A stretch of DNA of 63,997 nt, the filler included, from Octopus bimaculoides (taxonomy: Eukaryota): the NCBI RefSeq assembly GCF_001194135.2. It is 4 parts of 4 records of this genome, joined end to end, with 100 filler letters (N's around TTAATTAATTAA, not from the genome) between each part and the next. Parts side by side here need not be neighbours in the genome. Positions count along the whole stretch, not along the records: positions 23,660 to 53,732 come from NC_068997.1; 3 more parts are not named here. One strand, 5' to 3'. Below, one piece after another: positions 24,996-38,211 of this stretch; within the stretch, counting starts at the first letter, position 1; the number at the start of each line of letters is the position of its first letter. The notes under the pieces are model-generated. The model was not told the origin of the DNA, ran no database searches, and saw nothing but the letters and a program-made list of their open reading frames with translations. The translations under genes were made by a program, and so were the position numbers.

Positions 24996-25214
24996 CTCCA
25001 CCACCATCTCTCATACTCTTTCCAGCTCTATTTTTCTCTCTCTAAGTCTATCTTTCTCTCCCTTCACCTCCAACTGAGGAACCCTTGTATCTCTTCTACA
25101 GCAAGGAACCTATCTCTAACTCTATATTAGGTTTTTTAACCTCTCACCAACTGGCACAAAGAAACCTCCATCAATACTACCCTCTCTCTCCTAATTGAAG
25201 GAACTTTGTCTTGT

Positions 25215-25445
25215 GTTGCAAGCTACTTGGTGACCTCACCGCTGCTGGTGCCACATAAAAAAAGTGCCCAGTACACTCTGCAAAGTGGTTGGCTTTAGGA
25301 AAGGCATCTAGCCATTGAAACCATGCCAAAACTGACAATAGATATTGTCTTTGTCTTTTAGCTTGCCAACACTGGTCAAACTGTCTAACCCATGTCAACA
25401 TGGAAAACAGATGTGAAATGACAGTGACGATTATGATGATGGTGA
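25215..25445 (+). mobile_element. OR1-like SINE 3' part (family C), CpG-decayed
   Basis: gtggttggctttaggaaaggcatc..aacccatgtcaacatggaaaacagatgt plus a (gat)n tail. Confidence 0.7.
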
Positions 25446-27794
25446 CGCTGATGAGGGTGATGATGAAGACAACGACGATGATGATACATATTAGTCATTC
25501 AAAAACACACAAAGACTTAACTTCACTGAAACATTTACCATTTGGTGTCAAAATAACAGTTCTTAAGTATATTTAGGCTGGAATGTTTATATTTAAATAC
25601 GAGTATCTTAAGATAAGCAGCTTTGTATCATAGATCCTCAGTGGGTTGGTTTGAAATAGGTTGAAAATATATTTAGTAATGTTCTGGAATTAGTTTTGAA
25701 TAGATTTCCTCTCAACTTAATCACATTAGCCAAGAGTTCTTTGTTTTTTTTGGGGGGGGTTTTGTTGATATAAATTTGATATTTAAATCAAACAGAAGTA
25801 ACCTTTTAAGGATTTTTAAGGATTTTTTAGTCTCATTCCCTCTCTACTTCCGTTTCCTTCTGTAAGCCAGTGTTGATAAATGTTTTTCCTAAATGGTTTT
25901 CATGATGAACTCTTATCAAAGATAAGTGTTACTTAAATAACAATCCTCCAAATCTAATTACTTCCTTAATTGAAAAGTGTTTTGTTACATGCAGTTTTTT
26001 TTTTATCATTATTGCTTTTAGATATCAAAATGAAGTAACAGATTTTATTATTGTTTGCAGTTGAAGATTATTGACAGACCCTCTCACCCTGCAGCAAATA
26101 TTATCTGTTATGTCAATCCCTTTATTTTATGAAAAATTGATAAAAACAGAAAACTGAAAACAAAAAAAAATGTAGTTGCCATTCTTTTGACATACTTTCT
26201 AGTTCAGTGGCGCTCCTGTGTTTAGGGGTTGCGTATGAATTATTCCATTTTGTGAGAATTTACCAATGTATCATGTGACTAATACTGAACTGGACCAGGG
26301 CCTCTACCTAATGTGGAAGCTGTGAATTTGAGCTGCTTGAGTTCATACTGGTTTGATGAGCCTACTCTACTATATGGGTTGGATTTAGTAGACAAAAACC
26401 GAAAGAAGCCTATCTTATATATATATATATATATNNNNNNNNNNNNNNNNNNNNNNNNNNNNNNNNNNNNNNNNNNNNNNNNNNNNNNNNNNNNNNNNNN
26501 NNNNNNNNNNNNNNNNNNNNNNNNNNNNNNNNNNNNNNNNNNNNNNNNNNNNNNNNNNNNNNNNNNNNNNNNNNNNNNNNNNNNNNNNNNNNNNNNNNNN
26601 NNNNNNNNNNNNNNNNNNNNNNNNNNNNNNNNNNNNNNNNNNNNNNNNNNNNNNNNNNNNNNNNNNNNNNNNNNNNNNNNNNNNNNNNNNNNNNNNNNNN
26701 NNNNNNNNNNNNNNNNNNNNNNNNNNNNNNNNNNNNNNNNNNNNNNNNNNNNNNNNNNNNNNNNNNNNNNNNNNNNNNNNNNNNNNNNNNNNNNNNNNNN
26801 NNNNNNNNNNNNNNNNNNNNNNNNNNNNNNNNNNNNNNNNNNNNNNNNNNNNNNNNNNNNNNNNNNNNNNNNNNNNNNNNNNNNNNNNNNNNNNNNNNNN
26901 NNNNNNNNNNNNNNNNNNNNNNNNNNNNNNNNNNNNNNNNNNNNNNNNNNNNNNNNNNNNNNNNNNNNNNNNNNNNNNNNNNNNNNNNNNNNNNNNNNNN
27001 NNNNNNNNNNNNNNNNNNNNNNNNNNNNNNNNNNNNNNNNNNNNNNNNNNNNNNNNNNNNNNNNNNNNNNNNNNNNNNNNNNNNNNNNNNNNNNNNNNNN
27101 NNNNNNNNNNNNNNNNNNNNNNNNNNNNNNNNNNNNNNNNNNNNNNNNNNNNNNNNNNNNNNNNNNNNNNNNNNNNNNNNNNNNNNNNNNNNNNNNNNNN
27201 NNNNNNNNNNNNNNNNNNNNNNNNNNNNNNNNNNNNNNNNNNNNNNNNNNNNNNNNNNNNNNNNNNNNNNNNNNNNNNNNNNNNNNNNNNNNNNNNNNNN
27301 NNNNNNNNNNNNNNNNNNNNNNNNNNNNNNNNNNNNNNNNNNNNNNNNNNNNNNNNNNNNNNNNNNNNNNNNNNNNNNNNNNNNTATATGTATGTGTGTG
27401 TGTATATATATATATATACATACATACATATATAGATAGATAGATATATGTATATATGTATGTATGTATGTATGTGTGTATGTATGTGCATGTATGTATG
27501 TGTGTATGTATGTATGTGTGTATATGTATGTGTGAATGTATGTGTGTATGTATGCATATGTATGTATGCATGTGTGTGTGTATGTATATAGTGCATGCAT
27601 TTACAAATTAGTAATTTGTATATGGACACTAATACAAACTAGTTCACATGCACACACACATGCAAGCACACACACACACACACACACACACATGCACACA
27701 CACTCATAAACAAACAGAACAAACACAAAATATATACAAATGCATTCATATTTTTAATGTTTCCATTTTAATTATTTTAATTATTTTTATTATT

Positions 27795-27928
27795 AAGTCA
27801 TATACAATATTATTATAGGAAAAAATTCAAAATCTTACAGCAGTTTCTGGATATTCCTGAGTATGGGATATATCAGAAACAGCTGTAAGATTTTGAATTT
27901 CTTCCTATAATAATATTGTATATGACTT
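27795..27928. repeat. 134-bp near-perfect palindrome containing a hammerhead-like core
   Basis: 55-bp arms with two mismatches around a 24-nt loop. CTGAGTA at 27857 and GAAACAGCTGTA at 27876. Confidence 0.85.
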
Positions 27929-27944
27929 GAGATGTTTGCCTTAC

Positions 27945-27995
27945 CTTAATGTTCGATGTCCTGTATAGCAATTATATATTTGCTGCATCGGAAAT
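27945..27995 (-). CDS. Candidate 51-nt internal exon (FPMQQIYNCYTGHRTL), host gene unknown
   Basis: ccattgcag acceptor, aag/gtaagg donor, open symmetric phase 2-2 frame, inside a CpG-depleted domain. No homology recognised. Confidence 0.2.
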
Positions 27996-28535
27996 CTGCA
28001 ATGGCTCCATAACTACCATCTCAGTTATAACCTTGGAGCCTCAGTAATACATTACAGCACTTATCTGGTATACCTAATTGTTTAGATCACCTGTGAACTA
28101 AACCCCCAAACTTTGAATATATATATATATAAATAATTATAAATAAGGGCAAAAAGAACAAAATATCTTTGTCAATATGCTGAAAAATAAACACTAAATT
28201 GTGTAACCACATAAAATATTGTCACTTGTATTATTTTACACCATGTGCCGAAACCAGGAAAGCAAGCTAGCAGAAAATTCATAAAAATATAGTTATCCCC
28301 GAATCGGTTCTGATTTCTGGATTAATCCAAAAAGTGAAAATATTTTATGTGGTTAGACGATTTAGTGCCTATTTTTCAGCGTATTGGCAAAGAAATTTTT
28401 TTCTTTCTGCCTTTATTTATAATTGTATAATTTTCACCTTAAAAGGTATTTCACATATGCTGGAGCAAACGTCAACCCCAGCATCTGAAACTCTGAGTTT
28501 TATTAGGACAACCAACTAATTATCACATATATTTA

Positions 28536-28576
<41 letters not shown>

Positions 28577-28849
28577 TGGAGTAAGCTCCTATTCATGGAT
28601 TCTATCAAGAAATTACGAAATAAAACTTTTGATACTAGAAGCCTACCTCATTCTCAATATGTCTCATCAGTATGTGAATCATGACCTTTGACCCTGTACT
28701 AATTCAGTTATTGTTTAATTGATAATTTATTAGAACAGTGTGTGTGTGTGTGTGTGTATATATGTATGTGTGTGTACACACTCACACACACACACACACA
28801 TATACATATACACAAATATCTCTATACATATATACATATATATATATAC

Positions 28850-29265
28850 ACACACCTCCAGTAAACTATTTCTAAGACTTCTAGCTTCATTTCCTTCAAT
28901 CCTTCACATGTCCCTCTGCAATCACAGCCCATGTCTTGCCACTGCCATGCAGCATAGCTGTTCATACACAGGCATCATACAATCTGCCTTTCACTTTGAG
29001 AAAAACACCCTTTGTTACCAACAAGGTAGAAGCTCTCTAAACTTTACCCAGCCCATTCTTATTCTTACAACTATACTTTCAGTGCATCCTCCTCCACTGC
29101 TAACTTAGTTGCCTAGGTAACGGAAGCTATCTATCTACTACTACTAAGGAAACTTTAGACATTTGAGGAAGTCTATTTCCTGTACATTCTTAATGTTTAT
29201 TGCACCTGAACATCTACCGTACACAAAGACTACCTCTGCTTCTCAAGCACAGCATATAGCCAAAC
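28850..29265 (-). mobile_element. RTE-type LINE relic (C-terminal part of RT)
   Basis: DSFRYLG..SSGGGCTESIVVRIRMGWVKFRELL, KVKGRLYDACV.TAMLHGS. Confidence 0.8.
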
Positions 29266-29503
29266 GTCTCCATCATTTGTCATTGCCTCTGTGAGGCTGA
29301 ACGCTTGAAAGGTGCTTTTTATGTGCCACCGGCAAGGGTGCCAGTCATGTGCCACTGGCAAGGGTGCCAGTTATGTGATACCAGTATCAGCCATGATTAT
29401 GATTTCACCTGGCCTGTCAGGTCTTCTCAAGCATGGCACATCGCCAAAGGTCTCGGTCATGAGTCACTGCCTCATGATGTTCGAAGATCATGCTTCACCA
29501 CCT

Positions 29504-29538
<35 letters not shown>

Positions 29539-29911
29539 CAACAACAATAACACAATAGGTAACCTATTAAACTAACACAATTGGTGACCTATTAAACTCC
29601 ACATTCAAGAGCCCTTCACAATCTAGCTATCCACTTCCTCTTTTCCTCTGAGTAGCACAATTGACTCATCATCATCATCATCAACATCATCATCATCAAC
29701 ATCATCATCATGTCCTACTGCTACTACCCTCACCACTACTAAATAATAGCAACAAGGAAACCAGCATTGGAAGTCACTCTTCAATACTAGGACAATTGAT
29801 GACCTATTCAACAACACAGTCCCTGGCTCTTCTCCACAGTCAGGCCATTCAGATTCTTCTCAGAAGAACACAAGAGATCCATCATCACCATTGTCATCCT
29901 ATTCTACTGCT

Positions 29912-29943
<32 letters not shown>

Positions 29944-30061
29944 CAACAACAATACCACTACTACTACTACAATAAATGAAGAATCACCCTCCCCATTTCC
30001 CGTCCACCTCAGTCTGAATGAATACCTGACAGCTCCATGATAAATCTGCCAAATGTAAATA

Positions 30062-30468
30062 GGTGCAGAAGTGGCTTGCATACCAACCACATGGTTCTGG
30101 GTTCAGTCTCACTGTGTGACATGTTGGACAAGTGAATTCTTCTATAGCCTCTGGCCGACCTGGTAGATGGAAACTGAAAGAAGCATGTTGCCAGTGCCGC
30201 TGGACTGGCTCCTGTGCAGGTGGCACATAAAAAACACCATTTGAGCATGGCCATTGCCAGTACTGCCTGACTGGCCCTCGTGCCGGTGGCACATAAAAGC
30301 ACCCACTACACTATCTGAGTGGTTGGCATTAGGAAAGGCATCCAGCTGTAGAAACTCTGCCAGACAAGATTGGAGCCTGGTGCAGCCATCTGGTTTGCCA
30401 GTCCTCAGTCAAATCGTCCAACCCATGCTAGCATGGAAAGCGGACGTTAAATGATGATGATGATGATG
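30062..30468 (+). mobile_element. Near full-length OR1-like SINE: family A head with family C body (partial copies ~29280-29480 -, 42760-43026 +, 43870-43995 +, 47428-47650 -, 48055-48260 +)
   Basis: Shared tRNA/CORE-like head, ggtggcacataaaa(a)gcacc duplicated motif, ttggcattaggaaaggcatccagc, (gat)n tail. Confidence 0.8.
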
Positions 30469-30740
30469 ATATATAAATGTGTTTGTATGTGTATGCTTGT
30501 GTGTCTGTGTTTGTCCCTACACCATCGCTTAACAACCGATACTGGTGTGTTTATGTCCCTGTAACTCAGTGGTTCAGCAAAAGGGCCTATAGAATAAGTA
30601 CTTGGCTTACAAATAAGGGATTAAGAAATAATACATAAAATTTCTTTCAGTTATTTCTAGAATAGCTGAGCGTGTGGATCATATATCATTGAGCAAAGAT
30701 TTCCACGTAAGTCAACTATTCCGTCTTTGGAGACAAAAAA

Positions 30741-30955
30741 ATTAAGGAATATCTTTAATAAAAGACATTAGCAGTTACCAATTCATTGAAGAATTAAGGA
30801 ACATCTTTAGTGAAAGATAATAGTGGTTAGCACTTACATGATCAGAGAATTAAGGAAATCCTTAGTAAAAGACAACAGCAGTTTGCAGTTCCATTGTTGA
30901 AGGATCAAGGAATATCCTTAGTAAAAGATAAAAGAAGTTACTAGTACCATCTTGA
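30741..30955 (+). repeat. Minisatellite with a 52-56 bp unit, 4 diverged copies
   Basis: attaaggaatatc(c/t)ttagtaaaagac recurs at 30741, 30793, 30849 and 30904. Confidence 0.75.
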
Positions 30956-30959
30956 AAGA

Positions 30960-31730
30960 GAAAGTTAACAGACATTAGCGGGAACTTTGTAAATCTCATG
31001 AAAGAACTTGCTGTAAAAAGTGGTGCAGAAACAAGTCAGCAGCTTATACGACAAGTTAATTTCCTATCTGATACCATACAAAATAAAATCCTGGACCATA
31101 TGCTCATAACACCCTACATGAGATCAGAAAAATTGTTGGAGATTCCATGTTTATTGATATCATATATGATTTGCTCTGGCATGGAACAAGAACCAATTAT
31201 TGTCATTATGTTTCTGAAAGCCAGGATGTCCACAAAGATTTTCAAGGCTTTTATGATCCTCCTGACTACTCTTTGAAGGCACCGACTAAAGTTATTCTGG
31301 AGGTTTTTGTTGCCTAAACATTTCTCTGGGCTCAAGGTTATGCTGCTTTTGCCTTCGATGGCACACATACCATGAGCAGAAACATTTCAGGCACACAAAA
31401 GAGATTAAAAGACATGTTTCTTGGTACATATTTTGTACACTGTGGAAACCACTCTCAGGACAGGACCATGTCCTCCAAGAAGTTGGATCTATGGCTGCCG
31501 TGGTCACTGATGCATTGAACTTTGTTCATCACCGCACCATTCTTCTGAAAGCACTATGCACAAGCCTTTGTGATGGGAATGTCATCATGCTGCAAGCCAG
31601 TGTCTGTTGCATCAAGTGAGATGTTCAGCACACTTTGCTGTTTGAAGACATGACTCCGTACCACAATGAAGCAACACCGTCTGACACACTGTGCTGTAAT
31701 GTATGTACATAAAAAAACTTGTGTGCAATG
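30960..31730 (+). mobile_element. hAT transposase relic, internally deleted
   Basis: NFLSDTIQNKIL, AFDGTHTMSRNISGTQKRLK..YFVHCGNHS, and the dimerisation domain VASSE.FSTLC.LKT.LRTTMKQHRLTHCAVMYVHK. Confidence 0.8.
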
Positions 31731-33539
31731 AAAACACTTTGGACATCCTCTTGAAAAACTTCATCACCAAAACGAATGAGCATATAAAGTTTTTTTGGAA
31801 TGATTTGAAGCATTACTTTCCCATTTATGATAATGAAAATTATTATTATATTTGTTTTTATTTTGATATCAAGATTGAAAAAATTGGCCTTGTTTGTAAA
31901 AAATTATGGACCTGAGTTTGCACCTGCAAAGCAAATTTCGTTCAATTGAGCAAATGATTTCATGATCAAAAGTTTTCAAGTTGTGATCATTCGGTCTTTT
32001 GTCAGGCATAATCGTTATCCAATAGATTCTATTCTTAAAGGCATATGGCTGTGGTTTGGGGGTTATTTGGTTGCTGTTTAGCAGGTTCAGCATCTGTAAA
32101 GAAGCTCTCTCATTGGTTCGTTTGCTACAAAGTTTAAAACGACTGTGGTGATGGTGGTGGTGGTGTGATACTTAGCTGCTTCATATTATAATCTTCCTTT
32201 TGCTCCGCTTGATATCTAGAACCTCTCTTTTGACTACATCAGGGTTAAAAATATAGGAGAGTCAATGACGAAACCTCAGATACAAGCCTCTTTCTCGTGA
32301 TTAAGATGGCAATCCTGAAAAAGCAGATATAATTAATATTTATATGACTTAAAAAGCAGGAGTTGAGGAGGAGCTAGCATCTAACTAGAAAATCGCAGCT
32401 TCTGCTAATTCTATTCAGAGCCATATCACTTTCGTCTTTGCCATTAACAGCTTGAATATCCCAGATGCCTTTTCTCTGCCTCACAGAAATTATTACGATC
32501 ATTTTTCCTAACTCTTTATTGATTAAATATTCTTTTTTTTTTTATTTTTCTCATTCTTGATAGGGCTGCCATTTCAGTTTCATAAAACGTTGCATCAACA
32601 TTTTTGAAAACCAGCAGATTATGCCAGAAAGTGGCTTAAAATGAAAATTTTGTTAGTATACATACACACACGTGGGCATGCATGCATACCTACTCTATTA
32701 ACAAATATACGACTATATTTTTTTCTAACTTATGGATTCTTAGACAACAATGTATGTACTTCTGTCTGTGTGTCTGTCACTGAATGGCAAATGAACAAGA
32801 ATTACGTAATACTCAATTTCATCAGCTTGCAACAGTTTGCTCTAGAAGACACAAAGCACTCAAAGCCGAGTGTCTGCAACATCTTATAGCTTCCGCGGAG
32901 CCCTTAAAAATGAAGTGTATGCGTGTATCTTATTTCGGAAAACACACACACACACATACCAGGGTTACCTAGAGATTGGCTCTAATTTACTCAGTAATAT
33001 TATAGTCAATGCGATTCTTTATAAGTTAAAATCTTAAACTACCGTCTAACCCCATCCCCAAAGTAACACGCAGTCCTGAAACGTATCGTAATTCACTTTA
33101 ATAGCTAATCCCAACTAATCCGCATCAGAATATTTACTGTGTTTAAGCCATTGTTGACGTCCAAGTAGATAAACCATATGGATCGGATAGTGTATCTGCT
33201 ACAATACAAGTATTCATTAGGCGGGGGTATTAAACCAAGAATCAACGAACAAAAATAAAAAAAAAGTATAAAAAAAAAATAAGCGCGCATGTATGTATAT
33301 GAAAAATAATGTGAATGAATTTCATAGGTAGGTGCATGCAGAGAGACGTGTGTGTTTGCGTGTGCGCGCGCGCGTAGTAAACTAGCAGAGAACATCTTGA
33401 AGATGTACACTGAAAACTTTTGATACCATTAAAAAAAGAAAGAAGGAAAAAAAGAAAGGAAATCAGTGAATTCCACAAAGTGTTTTAAATGACCTAAAAT
33501 GCAACAATATAGGAACGATCTTTTCTGACAAACAGCAGT

Positions 33540-33580
<41 letters not shown>

Positions 33581-33935
33581 NNNNNNNNNNNNNNNNNNNN
33601 NNNNNNNNNNNNNNNNNNNAGAGAGAGAGAGAGAGGGGGGGGGTTCTGCAACAATATTCAACTATTTGCCAATTAACTTAAAGAAAGACTTGTGGAATAT
33701 ATTAGAGTTCTGGTAACATTTGCATTCTGATTATGAAATTTTGCGAATCTGTTCATTATACCGAAGGAAAAACACTTACAAGGCAACCAACCACCTTAGT
33801 GGCACAAAACAATTTGTTTGTGTAACCAAAGACCCATCGTTCTAATCATTACTTCCCCCCTCTCTCCCTCTAAAAAGAAAAAAGAAAAAGAAAAAGAAAA
33901 AAAAGGATAAAAGCCCCCGAAGCTTTGCAACTTAC

Positions 33936-34014
33936 TGGGGGTAGACAGACATCTGTGCAGAAAGATAAATTTCAGCGAGTAGCGAAGTTGGTACCATACC
34001 GTTATTCTTACCAT
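33936..34014 (-). CDS. Candidate first coding exon MVRITVWYQLRYSLKFIFLHRCLSTP (mitochondrial-presequence-like)
   Basis: ATG to a gtaagt donor. The peptide is basic with no acidic residues and has an RCLST motif. Alternatives are an ATG/gtaaga donor at 34011 or a 17-nt microexon. Confidence 0.25.
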
Positions 34015-35084
34015 TAGAGATTTGGGAATAAAGACAAACGATTTTTATAACTGCGTTCATATATTGCTAATCGTTATGAAAAATAATTTTTCGGATAGGA
34101 AAAAAAAAAGGAATCAAAAACGATTCCTAAGTTATTACCAAATAGACCAAATGTGTGATTTAGTATCAGAATGGTACCATTCTTTTAAATATCTACCCTA
34201 GCCTGGAAGTAGCTTCACTATTGACTTGTACGGAAATAGCCCAGGTCTGACATATAATGAACTGAATCACATAGAGTCTATGAAGAACCACAGCTTAGAT
34301 ATTTGTTTCTACTAGTTGGTTCTGAGGAGCTATTTCTCTCGCTTTTCCCTCTCTCAGATAAACAAATCTGAAGCAGCCGGAACCAATTTTGACAATTAAG
34401 TTGCTCCACTCTACCTTTTTTTTTCTATCTCAACCACCAACAAAACAGAGATGAGAAAGACAAGCTAATAGAGGAGCCTGTAACATCGTAACACAATCTG
34501 CTAGAAATATCAACCAAATTTTTCTCATATTACAATCTATTCTTTCAAAAAGGGAAGGACAGTTGATAATGTAATCCTAAATATACCATTTCTGGAGAGA
34601 AAAAAAAGATAAAAAAAGAAATGGAAAACGGGTAGTTGAGGCTGTAATATCTTTGAGTATATCTGATATGATCTGGAACTAAACAACAGCAGAGTTTAGC
34701 CAATTTTACAGAATGTATTCAAGTTAGTTGTTTATAGAATTGTAATTAATTTCAATCGTCTTTCAGAAGTTTAATGAAACAACATAAATACCGTGGTTAG
34801 CAAATAATTATATAAACCACCGCTCCCTCCGGAGTTAAGTAAAAGGGTAATATTTCTTCTACACAATGGTTAATGAAAAACAACTAACAACGAGTGCAAG
34901 TTAACTTGAAAAAATAAGCTATTGAGATTTGGTTTCGATTCATAGTTCCAGCTATTTCAGCTGCTGTCCTTGAGAAAGGCATGGATGTTATGCAATCTTT
35001 TTCTTCTTTTCACCTATCAAATTGCTCTCTTGTGTCTATCTAAAGAAATTAATAAATAAAATAAAATAGATAAAGATAATAATT

Positions 35085-35290
35085 TCTTTATTCACCACTA
35101 AAGGTGTCCACAAAGACCAAGAATGGTACAGAACAATATAATACGATATATGAGGACAGATAAAAAAAAGGAGAGGGCTTCTGAGGGTTACTCGTGGAAA
35201 CTTCCACAAAAATCACGACTACCCTGACTGCTAAAGGCAAGGGCCCTTATCATAAATCATCCAGTGGGATCAACCCTGACAAATAAATGA
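35085..35290 (-). mobile_element. Possible LINE 3' end (L1/Tx1-like polyadenylation tail)
   Basis: Reverse complement ends ..gtctttgtggacacctttagtggtgaataaagaaattatt, resembling the ccccttgtgggcaataaagaaata tail at 15.6 and 15.8 kb. Confidence 0.3.
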
Positions 35291-35510
35291 GTTAGGAAAA
35301 GAAATTAATTTAAATGAAAAATGTTAGCTGGAAATTTAACCACCTCCCAAAACAAGTTAAATAAGAAACAGGTGAAAAAAGAAAAGAAAAAGAAACAAGA
35401 TTTGTGTGGAAAGTAAGACAGGAGCAGCCAAAAACAGACGAATTTCGGTAAAGCTATGTTAGAGGTACGCCAACATCGTCATGAGGTGCTCTGCGAATGT
35501 AAACAGCACC

Positions 35511-35602
35511 ATGCCAAAGCTAGAGTTACTTAAGAACTGGTCTGGTTTATACGCAATAGAGCAGCAACACACGTCGGAGCCGCGACTTCACTACAAAGAT
35601 GC
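35511..35602 (+). CDS. Candidate first exon (MPKLELLKNWSGLYAIEQQHTSEPRLHYKD, or 5' UTR ending aaagATG-C)
   Basis: CpG-rich unique sequence ending at a GC/gtgagt donor, immediately before the downstream CpG-depleted domain. Confidence 0.3.
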
Positions 35603-35854
35603 GTGAGTAATTGTTAGTCCCCTTCTCGTAGTTTTAGACCTTTCTGTTTTTCTTTCTTTCTTTTATTTTGGATGTATTTTCGCGTCTAATTTCTACCTAC
35701 ACCAAACCAATTCAAGTGTATTGTTGAGGTTGAAATGGTCAGTCGAAGGGGTGAAAAATTATAGATCTTACAAACGTGGGATTTTCACCAGTAAGTGAAT
35801 GGATAAGCAGTTATTTATACTGCTTGGATAGAAACTAGTTGAAGGCTACGAGTG

Positions 35855-35890
<36 letters not shown>

Positions 35891-37208
35891 TAAATAATAA
35901 TATAGGGCTACTAAATATAAAGATAGTTGATATTGCCTCTGAGCAATTCTCGAAAAGTTTCCTTTCAAATAAGGAACTTGCTCCGAAACAATTACCAACA
36001 CTTTCATCAGATTCCGGATTTTATGTACATACACGCATGCATATACATATGTACTCGTACGCGCGTGCGCAACACACACATACACACACATACACACACA
36101 TATATATACACTTATACACACACACACACATATATATGCATGTATAAATATATATACACATATATTTATATATATGCATACATATATATACTAGTCTGTA
36201 TGTGTATAGATGGATATATATACATACATGTATATACATATATACACACATATGCATGTATATATATATATATATATATTGGTCATCCCTTCTTATACGT
36301 ATGTATATATGTATATATTATGCCACTCAGCAAGGGGGCCGGCCTTGTCACGCTATGTGTCACGCTGAATCTCTCTGAGAACTACATTAGGGGTACACAT
36401 GTCTGTGGAGTGCTCAGCCACTTGCACGTTAATTTCATGAGCAAGCTGTTCCGTTGATCGTATCAGCTGGGACCCTCGTCGTCGTAATTGACAGAATGCT
36501 CCTTTAATATATATATGCATATATACAAACATACATGTATAAACTTACATATATATGTATATACACAGGCATATATAGGTACAGGACATCTATATATATA
36601 TATATAAACATACATACATATATATATATACATATATATAAGTGCATTGCAACTTGTCAGAAATGGTTAAAAAAGGGGACAGAAAGTGGACATAGAAGTC
36701 AAGTAGAGGAAGCTAGGAAGTCCATTCACAATAGTAAAAGAATTGAATAGGTTCATCAGTGTTGGGGAATTTCAGGAAGCATTGAATTTTCAAAGGATGT
36801 CATGTCTTGACAGCTAGCCACTGACATGGGTAGAATGTTACATGCTTCAATAATTCTGAGCAGGAAAAAAATTGTTTCTGAAAATCATGGATGTTGCACT
36901 GTTTTTGATAATATAATCATGTCTACAAGTGGTAGAGGTATTGAATTCAAAATGCTGGCCAAAGTTGTGGGAAATGTGACAGATAATCTTGTGGGCTTCT
37001 ACTAAGTCAGCCGCTAGATATGAAAGCGTTTGTGTGTCAATGCCCTGAGAAGCACTACATTCAAGATATGGTAAGTGAGTGACAGAGGATATTCATCTGG
37101 TTGCATGTCTCTGGACTGCTTTGAATAAATTAATATTCTGGACAAGATGGAAGTCCTAAACTGGAGATGCTAACTTTAAATGTGGACATATAGCTATAAA
37201 TAGTTTAA

Positions 37209-37428
37209 CCCTTTAGCATTCAGATTACTCTGTCAAATATAAAGCCTGTTTAATTACATTGTTTTAAATTAATTGTACAACATCTTGTAACTCTGAGATT
37301 TTGATGATGTCCCTGTTTATTTTTAGAATGACTTTGTAGGGTAGATGTGAGAGGTCAGAGCTGGCTGGTTTGAGCATAAAACAAGAAGACAATTTTGGCT
37401 TGATATGGCCGGTTTAAACACTAAAGGG
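37209..37428. mobile_element. piggyBac-type MITE, family 1
   Basis: TTAA at 37205-08 and 37429-32, with termini ccctttagcatt / acactaaaggg. Confidence 0.85.
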
Positions 37429-37736
37429 TTAAATAGATAGCTGGTGAGTAACTGACAAAGCTAGGGCCATCTTAACAGTATCATAGGTCCCTGAACAAAT
37501 CAATGCACTAGGTCCTATAATTTTTATTTATTGACAGCAAATTATAGCATATATTGATCCGAATTAGGCCCCTTGAGCTGTTAAGCTTCTGGGTAACTGT
37601 ACAGTATACTTGTGACCTAAGGTGACATTGGATAAAAGTTTTGCTGAGTACGGCTCAGACACTTCTGACCTTTTTGACAATCTCAAAACTGTTGTTCATC
37701 CACTGCAGATCCTTGTTGACATTAACGCCTTGGTCA

Positions 37737-37952
37737 AGGCAGCGAGCTGGCAGAAAACATAGCACGCTAGGCAAAATGCTTAGCGGTATTTCGTCTGTCT
37801 TTACTTTCTGAGTTCAAATTCCACCAAGGTTGACTTTGCCTTTCATCCTTTTGAGGCCGATAAATTAAGTACCAGTTGCATACTGGGGTTGATCTAATCG
37901 ACTGGCCGCCTTTCCCATAATTTCGGGCCTTGTGCCGAGAGTAGAAAAGAAT
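37737..37952 (+). mobile_element. Family B SINE with target-site duplication
   Basis: Full head to tail, flanked by gccttggtc direct repeats. Confidence 0.85.
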
Positions 37953-38211
37953 AAGGCCTTGGTCACTTTCACCAGTAGACTACTTAATGTTGGTGTCATG
38001 GATGGTGAATTCTGAGTTTTAACTCATATTATGTATAGTAGTTCACTAGTTTACTGTGAGTTGCCAGTCAGCAATCTATTGCTGCATTGTGTCTAAACCA
38101 AATTGTCAGAAAGATTTATAGTGTATGATCCGTTTATTTTATCTCGAGGTACAACTTAATGTCATTTGCATTTTTTACTGTAGAAACATACTTCAAATTG
38201 GTATCTGTTTC

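Larger units (their letters stand above)
32200..36500. promoter_or_regulatory. CpG-retaining zone between two CpG-depleted domains; candidate bidirectional promoter region
   Basis: CG dinucleotides are frequent here (33350, 33975, 35440-35600, 36055) and rare on both sides. Outward-facing strong donor sites occur at 33935 (-) and 35603 (+). Confidence 0.35.

Noticed and set aside
29661-29975. Poly-His/Pro/Thr ORF
   Set aside because: A patchwork of (CAT)n, (ACC)n and (ACA)n repeats with no domain or splice support.
31869-32320. Exon-like minus-strand segment with two acceptors
   Set aside because: Frames are interrupted by stops, and none joins in phase with the 33936 candidate exon.
35980-36015. 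CTGATGA on the minus strand (similar isolated cores at ~4150, 28665, 50879, 59320)
   Set aside because: No correctly placed stem II plus GAAA plus stem I.
37017-37070. Exon-like MKAFVCQCPEKHYIQDM with a gtaagt donor
   Set aside because: It is the antisense strand of the CR1 C-terminal region, which is also present at 47050.
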